Source: Patescibacteria group bacterium
GTDB taxonomy: Bacteria; Patescibacteriota; Minisyncoccia; UBA6257; GWB1-50-10
Assembly: GCA_038061595.1 (NCBI GenBank)
Contig: JBBTYZ010000024.1
Span: forward strand, 1 to 36,637
Direction of reading: 5' to 3'
Length of the DNA stretch: 36,637 nucleotides
The notes below the pieces were generated by a model, which ran no database searches, was not told where the DNA came from, and was given only the letters and a program-made list of their open reading frames with translations. Of this stretch, positions 7,428 to 17,550 are shown in pieces (positions within the stretch are counted from its first letter, which is position 1; every line of letters starts with the position of its first letter). A program made the translations under genes and the position numbers.

Positions 7428-8725
7428 TATAGTCTTCTTTGCATAAATCCGGACACTAATTCTTGGGCTTCTTTTAATACTCGAAGCGCATCTTGCCCAG
7501 ACAAAACCGATACTATCATGTCGGAGAAAACTTTGTCGGTCGCAGCGTTGTCAATCTGTGGCCAAGATTTTACAATAAGGGATTGTTTCGCAAAAACATT
7601 CAAATCAAGATCGTTTAAATATTTATTTATCAATTGACGCAAGGCCGGCGGGCGGCGCGTGATTTTGAGATAACTCTCTGCGTTATTTACATCTCCCGCA
7701 AGCGAGACCACAAAGTCGGCGGCAAGATTCAAGACCTTGCTCTGCCTTGAAACTCCGGTTGCCCAGTAATTAGGATAGCTTATTTGTTTTTGCGCTCCCT
7801 GCGGTTGGGGGATATCGGAAACGGAAAAACTCAAGAACGGATTTAATATTTTTAATTTAGGAATTACGGACTGGTAGTCAAAAATCATCGCTACCTTTTC
7901 TCCGCTAAAATCTCTCAAAGAACTGAACGAATCGTCATTCCAGGTATAAACATTGCTCCTTGGATTAGAAAATTGCGTATAAAAATTTAGAGAGTTCAAG
8001 CCTTCGTCGCTCGCGAAGGTCGCCGCCCGGAGATCGTCTGATACCATTTTTGTTCCGGTCTGGAGCATAAGAAAAGACAATAAATCTGGGGCCGAACCAA
8101 TGCTCTTCTGTGATCCACCTATTGCCGCAGCGGCGCGGACAAGTTTGCCCGATTCAGATTTTGTAAGCCGTGGGATTATCGCTTGCAAATCTTCCCAGGT
8201 TTTTGGCGGACCGCTTATCGCCGCCCCGTTAAAAAGGTCTGTATTGTAAATCAAGGCAAGCGAATCTATATACATAGGTAAGGCGTATATGCTTCCGTTC
8301 GCGCTTAAGTCTTTCTCAACTATTTGCGGGAAAAGGTTTCTTAGTTGAACAAGCGAAATCATTGTTGTGGGCAACGGGTACATTTTCCCCATATTCCTTG
8401 GAAGAGAGTTGTTGCGAATCATAAAAACGTCCGGACCCTTTCCTGTAGCAAGAGCATTCAACAAGGCCGGCTCGTAATCAGTTACAGAATCAAAGCCCCT
8501 GTATTCAACCGAAACATTCGGATATTTTATTTTGAAACTCGCTATCGCGGTATCATAGGCGGCACGAGTGTCGAAAACTCCCCAAAATTTGAGATTAGCC
8601 TGTATCTTCGTGGCATCATTGCTAGTATTTAGACCCGGTATCACGCCCGATAAGACGAGAACAACAATAATAATCACAAGACCTATTGATCCTGCTATTA
8701 TAAGTTGGGTTTTATTTAAATTCAT
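7427..8725 (-). CDS. extracellular solute-binding protein, family 1 (sugar-type)
   Basis: N-terminal TM, LKFWG, ALATGKGPDVF, IYALP...DSLALIYNTDLF, PPKTWEDL, FSGEKVAM. Confidence 0.9.
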   Translation of the reverse strand: MNLNKTQLIIAGSIGLVIIIVVLVLSGVIPGLNTSNDATKIQANLKFWGVFDTRAAYDTAIASFKIKYPNVSVEYRGFDSVTDYEPALLNALATGKGPDVFMIRNNSLPRNMGKMYPLPTTMISLVQLRNLFPQIVEKDLSANGSIYALPMYIDSLALIYNTDLFNGAAISGPPKTWEDLQAIIPRLTKSESGKLVRAAAAIGGSQKSIGSAPDLLSFLMLQTGTKMVSDDLRAATFASDEGLNSLNFYTQFSNPRSNVYTWNDDSFSSLRDFSGEKVAMIFDYQSVIPKLKILNPFLSFSVSDIPQPQGAQKQISYPNYWATGVSRQSKVLNLAADFVVSLAGDVNNAESYLKITRRPPALRQLINKYLNDLDLNVFAKQSLIVKSWPQIDNAATDKVFSDMIVSVLSGQDALRVLKEAQELVSGFMQRRL

Positions 8726-8733
8726 GATTTATA

Positions 8734-11178
8734 TTATAGAGAAACCACCCCCACCAATACATCTCCCTTAGCAAGATTCATTATTCTAACCCCTTGAGTT
8801 GCGCGACCCGCAATTCTTACATCGCTCATTTTAGTCCTTAAGGCCTGACCCTTCTCAGAAAAGGCTAGTATTTCGTTGCTTCCATCGGTGACAATCGTTG
8901 CTTCAATTACTGGTCCGGTTTTTTCTGTAATCTTTGCAGTTTTTATCCCAGAGCCGCCTCTCTTTTGAACCTTATATTCAGAAAGGGGTGTGCGCTTAGC
9001 ATAACCATTCGCCATCACCGCCAAAACGTGCGGATTTTTGGACTTTATTTCTCCTTCCTTAATTATATCAAGACCGGCAACCGAATCACCCTTCCTCAAT
9101 CTTATCGCAGTTACGCCAGAAGCAGTTCTACCCATTTCTCGAATGTCCTTCTCCTTAAATCTTATGGCTTGCCCCAAGGCGGTTACTATTATAGCCTCGT
9201 CTTTCCCAGAAGAAGGCCAAACCCAATTAAGGAGGTCGTCCTGTTTTAATTTTATGGCGAGTATGCCGGTGCGCCTTACGTTTCCAAAATCTTTAAGCGC
9301 TGTCCGTTTTATAAGACCTTTTTTAGTGGCCATCACCAAGAATTCCTTTTCTGCTACATCTGAGGGATATGCCACAATAGCGCTTATTTTTTCTGCAGGG
9401 GGTATTTCCAAGAAATTGTGAATTGACTTTCCTTTAGAGGTACGGCTTGCGGCTGGAATTTCATAAACCTTTGTTTGGAAAACTTTCCCATGGTCGGTGA
9501 AAAACAAAATATTGTCATGCGTGTTCGCTCCCACAAGTTTTTGAATCGCATCTTCTTCCTTGAGCTCAAAACCAATAAGTCCTTTGCCGCCTCTTTTCTG
9601 AGACTTAAAAGCGCCCCAAGGCAACCTCTTTATATAACCACCCCTGGTAAGCGTTATCACCGCTTCTTCTTTAGGCACAAGGTCTTCTTCTCTAAATTCT
9701 TTTAGACCTGAGGCAATCAGTTTTGTTTTACGCGCACTAGGAAATTTCTCTTTAAGTTCAACAAGTTCTTCTTTGATAATACCAAGCATTTTCTTGGGGT
9801 TTTTGAGTATCAATTTAAGATCTTCTATTAATTTCCTTTTCTCTTTGAGCTCTTCTTCAACTTTCTTGGTTTCTAGCGCCGCCAAGGTCTGTAGTTTCAT
9901 CTCCAATATCGCGTTAGCTTGGATTTCAGAAAGCGCAAATTTCTTTATCAGATTACCTTTTGCATCTTCACGATCTTTTGATTTTTTAATCGTCGCAATA
10001 ACAGCGTCGATTTTATCAAGTGCTTTAACTAGACCCTCTAAGATATGCGCACGCTCTTCTGCCTTTTTTAAATCAAACTCGGTGCGTCTTTTTACCATAC
10101 TTTTCCGATGCTTGATATACTCTTCTAAAATATCCTTAAGTGATAAAATTTCTGGTTGAAGACCGTCAACCAAGGCGATCATATTAAAATAAAAATTTTT
10201 CTGAAGTTCTGTGTATTCGTAAAGTTGGTTTAGGACCTTCTGGGGGGAGGCATCATTTTTAAGCTCTATTACGATTCTCATTCCGTCTCGGTCAGATTCA
10301 TCTCTTATGTCTCTCACGCCTTCAATTTTTTTATCCGTTACAAGCTCCGCCATCCTTGTTATCATCTCAGACTTATTAACTTGGTAAGGAATTTCGGTGA
10401 TTATGATTTGGAAGCTCCCGCTTTTGCGTTCTTCAATTTCGGCGACGGCTCGCGTGGTCACCGATCCGCGACCAGTGGAATACGCTTCTTCAATTGATTT
10501 TTTATCATACATTGTTCCGCCAGTCGGGAAATCAGGGCCTGGTACGAATTTCATTAAGTCTTTCACTGTAGCGTCTGGGTTTTCGCTTAAATAAGTGATA
10601 GCGTCAACCAATTCCACCAAATTGTGAGGCGGAATACTTGTTGCCATGCCTACTGCGATACCAACAGTTCCATTCAAAAGGAGGTTGGGTATTTTGGCCG
10701 GCAAAAATTTGGGCTCTTCTCTTGATCCGTCATAATTGGGTTGCCAATCAACGGTTTCTTTCTCAATATCAATCAAAAGCTCTTCTGCAATTTTAGAAAG
10801 ACGTGCTTCGGTATAACGCATGGCGGCTGGCGCATCTCCATCAACAGACCCCCAATTGCCCTGACCATCAATCAGTGTGTAGCGAAGGGAGAAATCTTGG
10901 GCCATACGAGCAAGCGCATCATAAACAGCGGAATCTCCATGCGGGTGATATTTACCAAGCACTTCACCAACAACGTTCGCTGATTTTTTGAACTTAGCGT
11001 CATGTCTCAAAGCGTTATCCCACATCGCCCAAAGAATTCTTCGCTGAACCGGTTTCATGCCGTCACGCACATCAGGAATGGCGCGGGAAACAATAACCGA
11101 CATCGCATAATCCAAATAAGACTCCTTGAGTTCGGAGGTTATTTCTCTTTTTTCAATTCTATCCGTATCCTTTTCCAT
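8734..11178 (-). CDS. gyrA: DNA gyrase subunit A
   Basis: [39 protein letters not shown] (catalytic Tyr), GyrA-box QKRGGKG. Confidence 0.98.
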   Translation of the reverse strand: MEKDTDRIEKREITSELKESYLDYAMSVIVSRAIPDVRDGMKPVQRRILWAMWDNALRHDAKFKKSANVVGEVLGKYHPHGDSAVYDALARMAQDFSLRYTLIDGQGNWGSVDGDAPAAMRYTEARLSKIAEELLIDIEKETVDWQPNYDGSREEPKFLPAKIPNLLLNGTVGIAVGMATSIPPHNLVELVDAITYLSENPDATVKDLMKFVPGPDFPTGGTMYDKKSIEEAYSTGRGSVTTRAVAEIEERKSGSFQIIITEIPYQVNKSEMITRMAELVTDKKIEGVRDIRDESDRDGMRIVIELKNDASPQKVLNQLYEYTELQKNFYFNMIALVDGLQPEILSLKDILEEYIKHRKSMVKRRTEFDLKKAEERAHILEGLVKALDKIDAVIATIKKSKDREDAKGNLIKKFALSEIQANAILEMKLQTLAALETKKVEEELKEKRKLIEDLKLILKNPKKMLGIIKEELVELKEKFPSARKTKLIASGLKEFREEDLVPKEEAVITLTRGGYIKRLPWGAFKSQKRGGKGLIGFELKEEDAIQKLVGANTHDNILFFTDHGKVFQTKVYEIPAASRTSKGKSIHNFLEIPPAEKISAIVAYPSDVAEKEFLVMATKKGLIKRTALKDFGNVRRTGILAIKLKQDDLLNWVWPSSGKDEAIIVTALGQAIRFKEKDIREMGRTASGVTAIRLRKGDSVAGLDIIKEGEIKSKNPHVLAVMANGYAKRTPLSEYKVQKRGGSGIKTAKITEKTGPVIEATIVTDGSNEILAFSEKGQALRTKMSDVRIAGRATQGVRIMNLAKGDVLVGVVSL

Positions 11179-11181
11179 TTT

Positions 11182-11616
11182 TTATTTAGCCAAATTTATT
11201 ATTGTTTTCGGGACAGGATCTTCGTCGACAAATAAAAAACTCTTGCCGTCTCCGTAGAAAGAATACTCGTTTGTTTCTTGAGCCCGTGATTTAAGATTAT
11301 TAAAGGTTTTTTTGGTGCTGTCTATCGTCGTCGCTATCTGACTACCAAGATCCGAAGCTATCTCCCTAGAGCCACGAGAAAGAGTTGCCCAAAATGAATT
11401 TTCATTATTTTCTACGCTCGCTTTTTCTTTTATGGGTATTAAACTGGGAATGTTCAGATTGAGATAAATAGCCCACAAGCCGATTATAAATAACATGCAA
11501 ATACTACACAACACAATAAGGTATTTTTTCTTGACCCCATCATCCGCCCGTTGAATTTTTCTAAGTCGGTTAGCGGCTCCCGACAATAAATTGTCCAATT
11601 TCGAAATATGATACAT
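11182..11616 (-). CDS. membrane-anchored hypothetical protein
   Basis: 144 aa, single TM, tightly packed upstream of gyrA. Confidence 0.75.
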   Translation of the reverse strand: MYHISKLDNLLSGAANRLRKIQRADDGVKKKYLIVLCSICMLFIIGLWAIYLNLNIPSLIPIKEKASVENNENSFWATLSRGSREIASDLGSQIATTIDSTKKTFNNLKSRAQETNEYSFYGDGKSFLFVDEDPVPKTIINLAK

Positions 11617-11617
11617 C

Positions 11618-12205
11618 TTAAGATTTAAGACATTTGATTTCCATCGTCCCAGGACGTAAATCTTTTTTCTTAAATACTAACTTTTCTTCCAGCTCTAGTT
11701 TAGACTTTCCGAATTCCTTATAAAATTTTGACGGATCTTTAGAAGAAACTATTACAGTAGCCGGCTCAAGTCGGCGGACAAGCTTGGCCGCAACTTCTTC
11801 AGATAAATACTGCTTACCCACTGGAACAATCAAGACATCAGCTCCTCTAAGATTTCCTTCCAACTCCTTATCCGGCTCTTTGTGTATTTGTCCCAAGAGC
11901 ACTAGGTTTATTTCATCAATGAGAACCTTATAAATAGTCCTTTCTGTGTTTGTTTTTTCATCATATCCTGCGCTGTAACCCCGGACATTTACTTCGCTCG
12001 CCTCAAACTCGCCTTGATGATCAATCCAAACAAAATCACCCTGGCCGGGCAGGCCATCTCCGTCTGGAACGGAACTTGATGGCTTAATCGTGCTCAATAC
12101 CACCTGCGCGCCCCTCAAAGACCTAGCGTTTGTAGGATCAACGAGAACGACAGTATTCCCCGACTGAATTTTGAAATAATTATCACCCAGACAATTTATA
12201 ACCAT
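11618..12205 (-). CDS. MBL-fold (Lactamase_B_3-like) protein, degenerate metal site
   Basis: MVINCLGDNYFKIQ..VLVDP, GEFE, ADVLIVPVG, VRRLEP. Start reassigned to ATG 12205. Confidence 0.75.
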   Translation of the reverse strand: MVINCLGDNYFKIQSGNTVVLVDPTNARSLRGAQVVLSTIKPSSSVPDGDGLPGQGDFVWIDHQGEFEASEVNVRGYSAGYDEKTNTERTIYKVLIDEINLVLLGQIHKEPDKELEGNLRGADVLIVPVGKQYLSEEVAAKLVRRLEPATVIVSSKDPSKFYKEFGKSKLELEEKLVFKKKDLRPGTMEIKCLKS

Positions 12206-12344
12206 GTTAGAGCTTTGATCGCTTAATCTTAACCCAATTTTACCCGATTTTAGACATAAAATCAAACCAAATTCGTGAGAGAAACGTTAATTCGAACGGG
12301 GTTGCCATCCCCCACAAGCCTATGCTAATCTTGCATACATTGAT

Positions 12345-13436
12345 ATGAACACGACAAATAATAAAGCTTACTTGTTGCAACTTTTAAAAAGTAGGGGGGA
12401 CATACTCTCCGTGCTTAAAGTTGGCGATCTTGTAACTGGTGCAGTATTGGAGGGGGGCGCAAATAAAATAGTGGTTGACCTAGGGAAGCACGGCACCGGC
12501 ATTATATACCGCGGGGAGATACAAAACGCCCGCGAGTTAGTGAAAAATCTGAAAATCGGAGACCCCGTGCATGCCAAGGTCGTAGAGACGGACAACAGCG
12601 AAGGCGTTGTTGAACTATCCCTAACTGAGGCGGGGAGACAGAAAGCTTGGGCAGGGATAAAAGAGATCCAAGACAAAGACGAAGTAATAAAATTCGTTCC
12701 GAAGTCATTCAATAAGGGCGGGTTGATAGGAGAACTCCATGGAATTCAAGCCTTTCTTCCTATCTCACAACTCGGCACTGCAAATTATCCTAAGGTTTCA
12801 ACTGATGACAGAACACAAATAGCAGCAGCCCTGGAAAAACTTGTTGGCAAAGAAATAGAAGCAAAAATAATCGATGTTAATCCACGAACCAATAAGCTAA
12901 TAGTTTCTGAACGAGCCGCAACAGAAATTAGCCTCAAAGAACTCGCAAAAAATTATTCCGTAGGCCAAATTATTGAAGGCGTTGTCTCTGGAGTTGCTGA
13001 TTTTGGAGCATTTGTAAAATTTACGGACAATCCAGAAGTAGAAGGCTTAATCCACGTTTCTGAACTTGATTACAAGGTTGTAGACAACCCGAAAGAAATA
13101 ATAAACGTTGACGATGTCGTAAAAGCGAAAATCATAGACATAAAAGATGGCAAAATCTCTCTATCCTTGAAAGCCCTAAAGGAAGATCCTTGGCAAAGTT
13201 TGGCTATAAAGTATAAAGCGGGCGCCGTCGTAAAAGGCAGCGCTTACGCGTATCATCCGTTCGGAGCAATTATTAATTTGGACAAGGAAATTCAGGGACA
13301 AATACACGTCTCAGAGTTCGGAGGAGTGGAGGAAATGAAGAAAGAAATTGTTCTGGGCAAGGAATATAAATTTACAATAGAAAGTGTAAATCTAGAAGAA
13401 AAGAGAATAAATTTGAAATTCAAACCCGCGGCATAG
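12345..13436 (+). CDS. rpsA: 30S ribosomal protein S1-like (four S1 domains)
   Basis: NKGGLI..GIQAFLPISQL, GVVSGVADFGAFV, EGLIHVSEL, KISLSLK. Confidence 0.9.
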   Translation: MNTTNNKAYLLQLLKSRGDILSVLKVGDLVTGAVLEGGANKIVVDLGKHGTGIIYRGEIQNARELVKNLKIGDPVHAKVVETDNSEGVVELSLTEAGRQKAWAGIKEIQDKDEVIKFVPKSFNKGGLIGELHGIQAFLPISQLGTANYPKVSTDDRTQIAAALEKLVGKEIEAKIIDVNPRTNKLIVSERAATEISLKELAKNYSVGQIIEGVVSGVADFGAFVKFTDNPEVEGLIHVSELDYKVVDNPKEIINVDDVVKAKIIDIKDGKISLSLKALKEDPWQSLAIKYKAGAVVKGSAYAYHPFGAIINLDKEIQGQIHVSEFGGVEEMKKEIVLGKEYKFTIESVNLEEKRINLKFKPAA

Positions 13437-13706
13437 TCTTCTATCTCACAAATATCACGAATTTGGCGGAGCGAATTTTGAAGACAGATTCGCGACGCGA
13501 TGAGCGAAGTGTGCCGATAGGCACATGAGCGAAGAGCAACAAAGAAGCTGGCGAAAATTCGCCCGCTCCGCAAGAAGAAACTGAATAATGAGCGCTTTCT
13601 TCGTTGCTCCTCCTCAATGTGGTTATCACCACGCTTTCGTCGTCACGCCTCGAACCCATCTCATTATTAAACTTCCAAATTTCGCGAGATTTGTGGGATA
13701 GAAGAC
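13436..13706. repeat. 271-bp palindromic (MITE-like) element, copy 2
   Basis: Terminal IR GTCTTCTATCTCACAAATATCACGAATTTGG / CCAAATTTCGCGAGATTTGTGGGATAGAAGAC; two internal arms. Confidence 0.75.
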
Positions 13707-13731
13707 AAAAAAACCCCTTTCGGGGTTTTTT
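13707..13731. terminator. bidirectional terminator between rpsA and recA
   Basis: AAAAAAACCCC-TTTC-GGGGTTTTTT. Confidence 0.75.
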
Positions 13732-14749
13732 ATTTTTCGCTCGCAATATCCGAAGTTTTCTTTTTTATAGCCTCTAACGTTTTTTTATCTTCTTTCAATT
13801 TTTCTCGAACATTATCAAAACCAACGCCTAATTTTTCTTCATTGAAACCGTAACTCGCACCGTTTTTTGTAACAACGCCATACTTAACGCCTGTGTTCAA
13901 AACATCGGCTTCATACGAAATCCCTTCGCCATACATTATGTCGAATTCCGCTATTTTAAATGGTGGGGCAACTTTGTTCTTCACAACCTTCGCTTTTGTC
14001 CGATTTCCTACAATTTCCTCGCCTTTTTTAATCTGAGCAATGCGACGAACATCGATTCGAACCGAAGCATAAAATTTTAATGCCGTGCCACCAGTTGTCG
14101 TTTCCGGATTACCATACACAATACCAATCTTCATTCTAAGCTGGTTTATGAATATCATAATCGTGCCGGACTTTGCGCAGATAGCGGTTAGTTTACGTAA
14201 GGCTTGCGACATAAGCCGCGCTTGGAGACCCATGTGTCTGTCGCCCATTTCTCCTTCTATTTCAGCCTTGGGAGTCAAAGCAGCAACAGAGTCAACAACA
14301 ATAATATCTATTATTCCGGAACGCACCAAACTTTCTGAAATATTCAATGCTTCTTCTCCGTTGTCGGGCTGAGAGATAATAAGATCTTTTACTTTCACTC
14401 CTATTTTCGCGGCATAGTCAGGGTCTAAAGCATGCTCGGCGTCTACAAATGCTGCCCTACCTCCCCGACGCTGAACTTCAGCGACTGCATGCAAAGCAAG
14501 AGTGGTTTTTCCACTTGATTCTGGTCCGTAGATTTCGATTATTCTTCCTTTCGGAAGTCCACCACCCAATGCAATATCCAAAGAAAATGAACCCGATGGA
14601 ATGGTTTCTACCTTAGCGCGAGTTGTGTCTCCAAGTTTCATTATCGCCCCTTCGCCAAAACGTGACTGCAACGACTCCATCAGAGTCTCAAGCTCTTTCG
14701 CTTTATCTTCTTTTTTTTCTATTTCTTTATCTTTTTTGATAGAAGTCAT
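13730..14749 (-). CDS. recA: recombinase RecA
   Basis: [44 protein letters not shown]. Confidence 0.99.
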   Translation of the reverse strand: MTSIKKDKEIEKKEDKAKELETLMESLQSRFGEGAIMKLGDTTRAKVETIPSGSFSLDIALGGGLPKGRIIEIYGPESSGKTTLALHAVAEVQRRGGRAAFVDAEHALDPDYAAKIGVKVKDLIISQPDNGEEALNISESLVRSGIIDIIVVDSVAALTPKAEIEGEMGDRHMGLQARLMSQALRKLTAICAKSGTIMIFINQLRMKIGIVYGNPETTTGGTALKFYASVRIDVRRIAQIKKGEEIVGNRTKAKVVKNKVAPPFKIAEFDIMYGEGISYEADVLNTGVKYGVVTKNGASYGFNEEKLGVGFDNVREKLKEDKKTLEAIKKKTSDIASEK

Positions 14750-14755
14750 TCTATT

Positions 14756-15409
14756 TTATAAATCGGTGTTTGTGCTTGTTGCGTAAAATATTTGTTTAGT
14801 AAATGATTGTTTTTTGCCAAGAAACTTCTTAATGTCGAAGGATAAAGTATTGAAACCAGGACCCAATGGAATATCTTTTTCGAAATCGCCGTCTTTTGTA
14901 GGATAGATCCGCTCACCATTTACTGTCAACTCATATCCCGAATCAATATTGCCCGAAAGATTAAAAACCGGACTGGCGGTAAAAACCGTGTCTTCTTTTA
15001 GATTGTTCAAACTAATTCCGTTTGCTTGTGGAAGTAATAGAAGTCCAAAATACACCACCAAGGCCATCACGAATACTAAGATCAAGATAATTTTTGTATT
15101 TATCTTTGTTGATTCGAATCTGTTTTTCGGTAATTCGTCATTTTTACCAGAACGCTTCAACGTTTCGTTGCTCTTTTGATATTCAATCCACATTTTTTCG
15201 CCGTTTAATCCGAGCGCCTCTGCTATTCTTATTAAATAACCATGAACATAAGGCGCAGCCGGCAAGTCTTCAAGATTGTCCTCCGCTAGATTTTTTAAGA
15301 ATCGCTCGGAAATTCCGGTCGCCTGAGCCAGCTTTTCAAAAGAAACGCCCTTGTTCTTTATAGCTGTTAAAAAGGCTGATGAAAAATTCTTTTGTTCCTC
15401 GTTTGGCAT
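14756..15409 (-). CDS. RodZ-like HTH membrane protein with C-terminal Ig-like domain
   Basis: HTH with LPAAPYVHGYLIRIAEALGL, one TM, GDFEKDIPLGPGFN; directly downstream of ftsK. Start reassigned to ATG 15409. Confidence 0.8.
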   Translation of the reverse strand: MPNEEQKNFSSAFLTAIKNKGVSFEKLAQATGISERFLKNLAEDNLEDLPAAPYVHGYLIRIAEALGLNGEKMWIEYQKSNETLKRSGKNDELPKNRFESTKINTKIILILVFVMALVVYFGLLLLPQANGISLNNLKEDTVFTASPVFNLSGNIDSGYELTVNGERIYPTKDGDFEKDIPLGPGFNTLSFDIKKFLGKKQSFTKQIFYATSTNTDL

Positions 15410-15413
15410 AATC

Positions 15414-17465
15414 TTAATATACTTCCCTTGGCTTTGCTCCGTCGCCAGGCCCCACAACGCCCTTCTCTTCCATTATATCGAGGAGTCGGGCTGCTCTTGC
15501 GTAACCAACCTTCAACCGCCTTTGTAAAAGTGAGGCAGACGCTTTTTTTGCCGCCCGAACCGTTTCAACCGCTTCATCGTATAATTCATCATCAGAATCA
15601 CCACTATAATTATCGAACTGAATACCACTAGCCTCCACAGGCGCATCTGCGTTAAAGACGACCTCTTCGTCGTTCTCTCCCGAGAGTGGTTTGTTGTTGT
15701 CTTTAATGAAATTTAACACATTTTTAATCTCGTCTTCGGTGAGATATGCGCCTTGGATACGTTGTGGTTTTGAAAGCTCTGCCGAAGTTAAGAGTAGATC
15801 GCCATGGCCTAAAAGTTTTTCGGCTCCTCCCGTATCAAGAATAGTTCGCGAATCCACCTGGCTTGCTACTTGGAGAGCGACCCGCGAAGTAATGTTCGCC
15901 TTGATTAGTCCGGTTATAACCTCAACCGATGGTCGTTGAGTGGAAACAACCAGATGAATTCCTGTTGCCCTGGACATTTGAGCCAAACGAATTATTGATC
16001 CTTCAACCTCTCTGCCATACGAAGACATCAGATCGGCTAATTCATCTATAACTATCAATAAATATGGAAGTTTATAAGAATTTTTATTGTAACTCTTTAT
16101 ATCTCTTGCTCCTGCTTCTAAAAGAAGCTGATAACGCCTATCCATTTCTTGAATCGCCCAACGGAGCGCTCCCATGGCTTTTTTATTCTCTGTTATGACC
16201 GGTGACATAAGGTGTGGAATACCATCATAGATAGAAAGCTCAACTCGTTTCGGGTCAATCAAAATCATACGAAGAGTATCTGGTGAATTTCTGTATAACA
16301 AAGAAATTAAAAGAGAGTGTATAGTTATGGATTTTCCACTACCAGTTGCGCCAGCAATCAAAAGATGCGGCATCTTTGCAATGTCCGAAAAAATAGGATC
16401 TCCGCTTACGTTGCGTCCCAAAGCAAAAGCAAGAGGAGAACCTTTTTCAAAATCAGGATAAAGCAATAAGCTTCCCAAACGCACAAGCGCGGCCGACTTA
16501 TTAGGCACCTCGATGCCGACCAGTGATTTGCCGGGAATCGGCGCCTCTATTCTTATCGGATGGGCGGCAAGTGCAAGAGCAAGATCCGAATTCAATGCTG
16601 TTATTTTAGAAAGCTTAACTCCTTCTGCGGGTTTTAGAGTAAATCTTGTGACCGCAGGACCAATAGCTACTTCCCCCATCTCAACCGATATTCCAAAACC
16701 ATCAAGGGTTCTTTTTATAATATTGGCGTTAGCTCGAAGATCGCCTATGGTTGGTTTCTCAATTGTTGAAACCAAAAGTTTCAAAGGCGGTGGGGTATAA
16801 TTTTTTATTCTTAATGCTTTGAATTCAGAAGAAATCTTCTTTTCTTCTTTGGTTGTCTTCTCCAAAACCGCCTCAGCCGCCACCTTGTTTTGTTTTATTT
16901 CGGAATCTACAGCCAAATCAGGCACATTGGTTGAGATAACCGGTTCCACCTCATCTTCTTCATCATCTTTCTTGTTTCTGCTGAAAGAAAATCTAATCGG
17001 TCGATTCAGAGTCACCAGAAATGATACAAACAATATAGTAAGGGTTATGACTACCGAAGCAGGTACCCCAAAAGGATCCTTGAGCGATCCAACCAAAGTT
17101 CCGGTGAGCCCCCCGCTTCCAGGATAAACAATGTCCATAAAACCTAAGCCGGCCATCACGAAAAGAATGCCACCAACAAGAGTTAGTCCAAAAAATTTGC
17201 GAGCTGTGGTTATGAAAGAAAACGCCAAGAGGAAGGAGGAAAGCGGAAACAAGTAATATCCCCAACCGAACAGTTTGTTAAATGTAAGATAAAACTTTTC
17301 GCCCCAGGGCCCAGCTTGCGACACGCCAGCCAAAATAAAAAGTACCGCTATGCCTAGAAAGAGTATCGTCCAAACCGTTTTCCTTATATCTGGATGAATA
17401 TTTGTCTGGATATCGCCAATCCTACCGCCTTCCTCGCGTTTTTTATTTTTGGGCTTGCGAGACAT
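15414..17465 (-). CDS. ftsK: DNA translocase FtsK/SpoIIIE
   Basis: N-terminal TMs, RIEAPIPGKSLVGIEVPN, GATGSGKS, IDELADLM, gamma domain LQRRLKVGYARAAR. Start reassigned to ATG 17465. Confidence 0.97.
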   Translation of the reverse strand: MSRKPKNKKREEGGRIGDIQTNIHPDIRKTVWTILFLGIAVLFILAGVSQAGPWGEKFYLTFNKLFGWGYYLFPLSSFLLAFSFITTARKFFGLTLVGGILFVMAGLGFMDIVYPGSGGLTGTLVGSLKDPFGVPASVVITLTILFVSFLVTLNRPIRFSFSRNKKDDEEDEVEPVISTNVPDLAVDSEIKQNKVAAEAVLEKTTKEEKKISSEFKALRIKNYTPPPLKLLVSTIEKPTIGDLRANANIIKRTLDGFGISVEMGEVAIGPAVTRFTLKPAEGVKLSKITALNSDLALALAAHPIRIEAPIPGKSLVGIEVPNKSAALVRLGSLLLYPDFEKGSPLAFALGRNVSGDPIFSDIAKMPHLLIAGATGSGKSITIHSLLISLLYRNSPDTLRMILIDPKRVELSIYDGIPHLMSPVITENKKAMGALRWAIQEMDRRYQLLLEAGARDIKSYNKNSYKLPYLLIVIDELADLMSSYGREVEGSIIRLAQMSRATGIHLVVSTQRPSVEVITGLIKANITSRVALQVASQVDSRTILDTGGAEKLLGHGDLLLTSAELSKPQRIQGAYLTEDEIKNVLNFIKDNNKPLSGENDEEVVFNADAPVEASGIQFDNYSGDSDDELYDEAVETVRAAKKASASLLQRRLKVGYARAARLLDIMEEKGVVGPGDGAKPREVY

Positions 17466-17513
17466 TTGTTTACTACATTTAACCCCAAAAACGTTTCGGG
17501 GGCAATACTTGAG

Positions 17514-17544
17514 AAACAAAAAATCCCGAAGTAATTCGGGATTT
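17514..17544 (-). terminator. intrinsic terminator
   Basis: AAATCCCGAA-GTAA-TTCGGGATTT with a T-tract on the minus strand, 6 nt after stop 17551. Confidence 0.7.
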
Positions 17545-17550
17545 AAATAG

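Noticed and set aside
8734-11178. parC assignment or quinolone-resistance allele
   Set aside because: GyrA-box QKRGGKG is present and HGDSAVYD has the wild-type Ser and Asp.
13441-13746. Minus-strand ORFs of 101 aa and 93 aa around element 2
   Set aside because: They overlap recA or rpsA ends, a terminator and the palindrome; no protein-like features.
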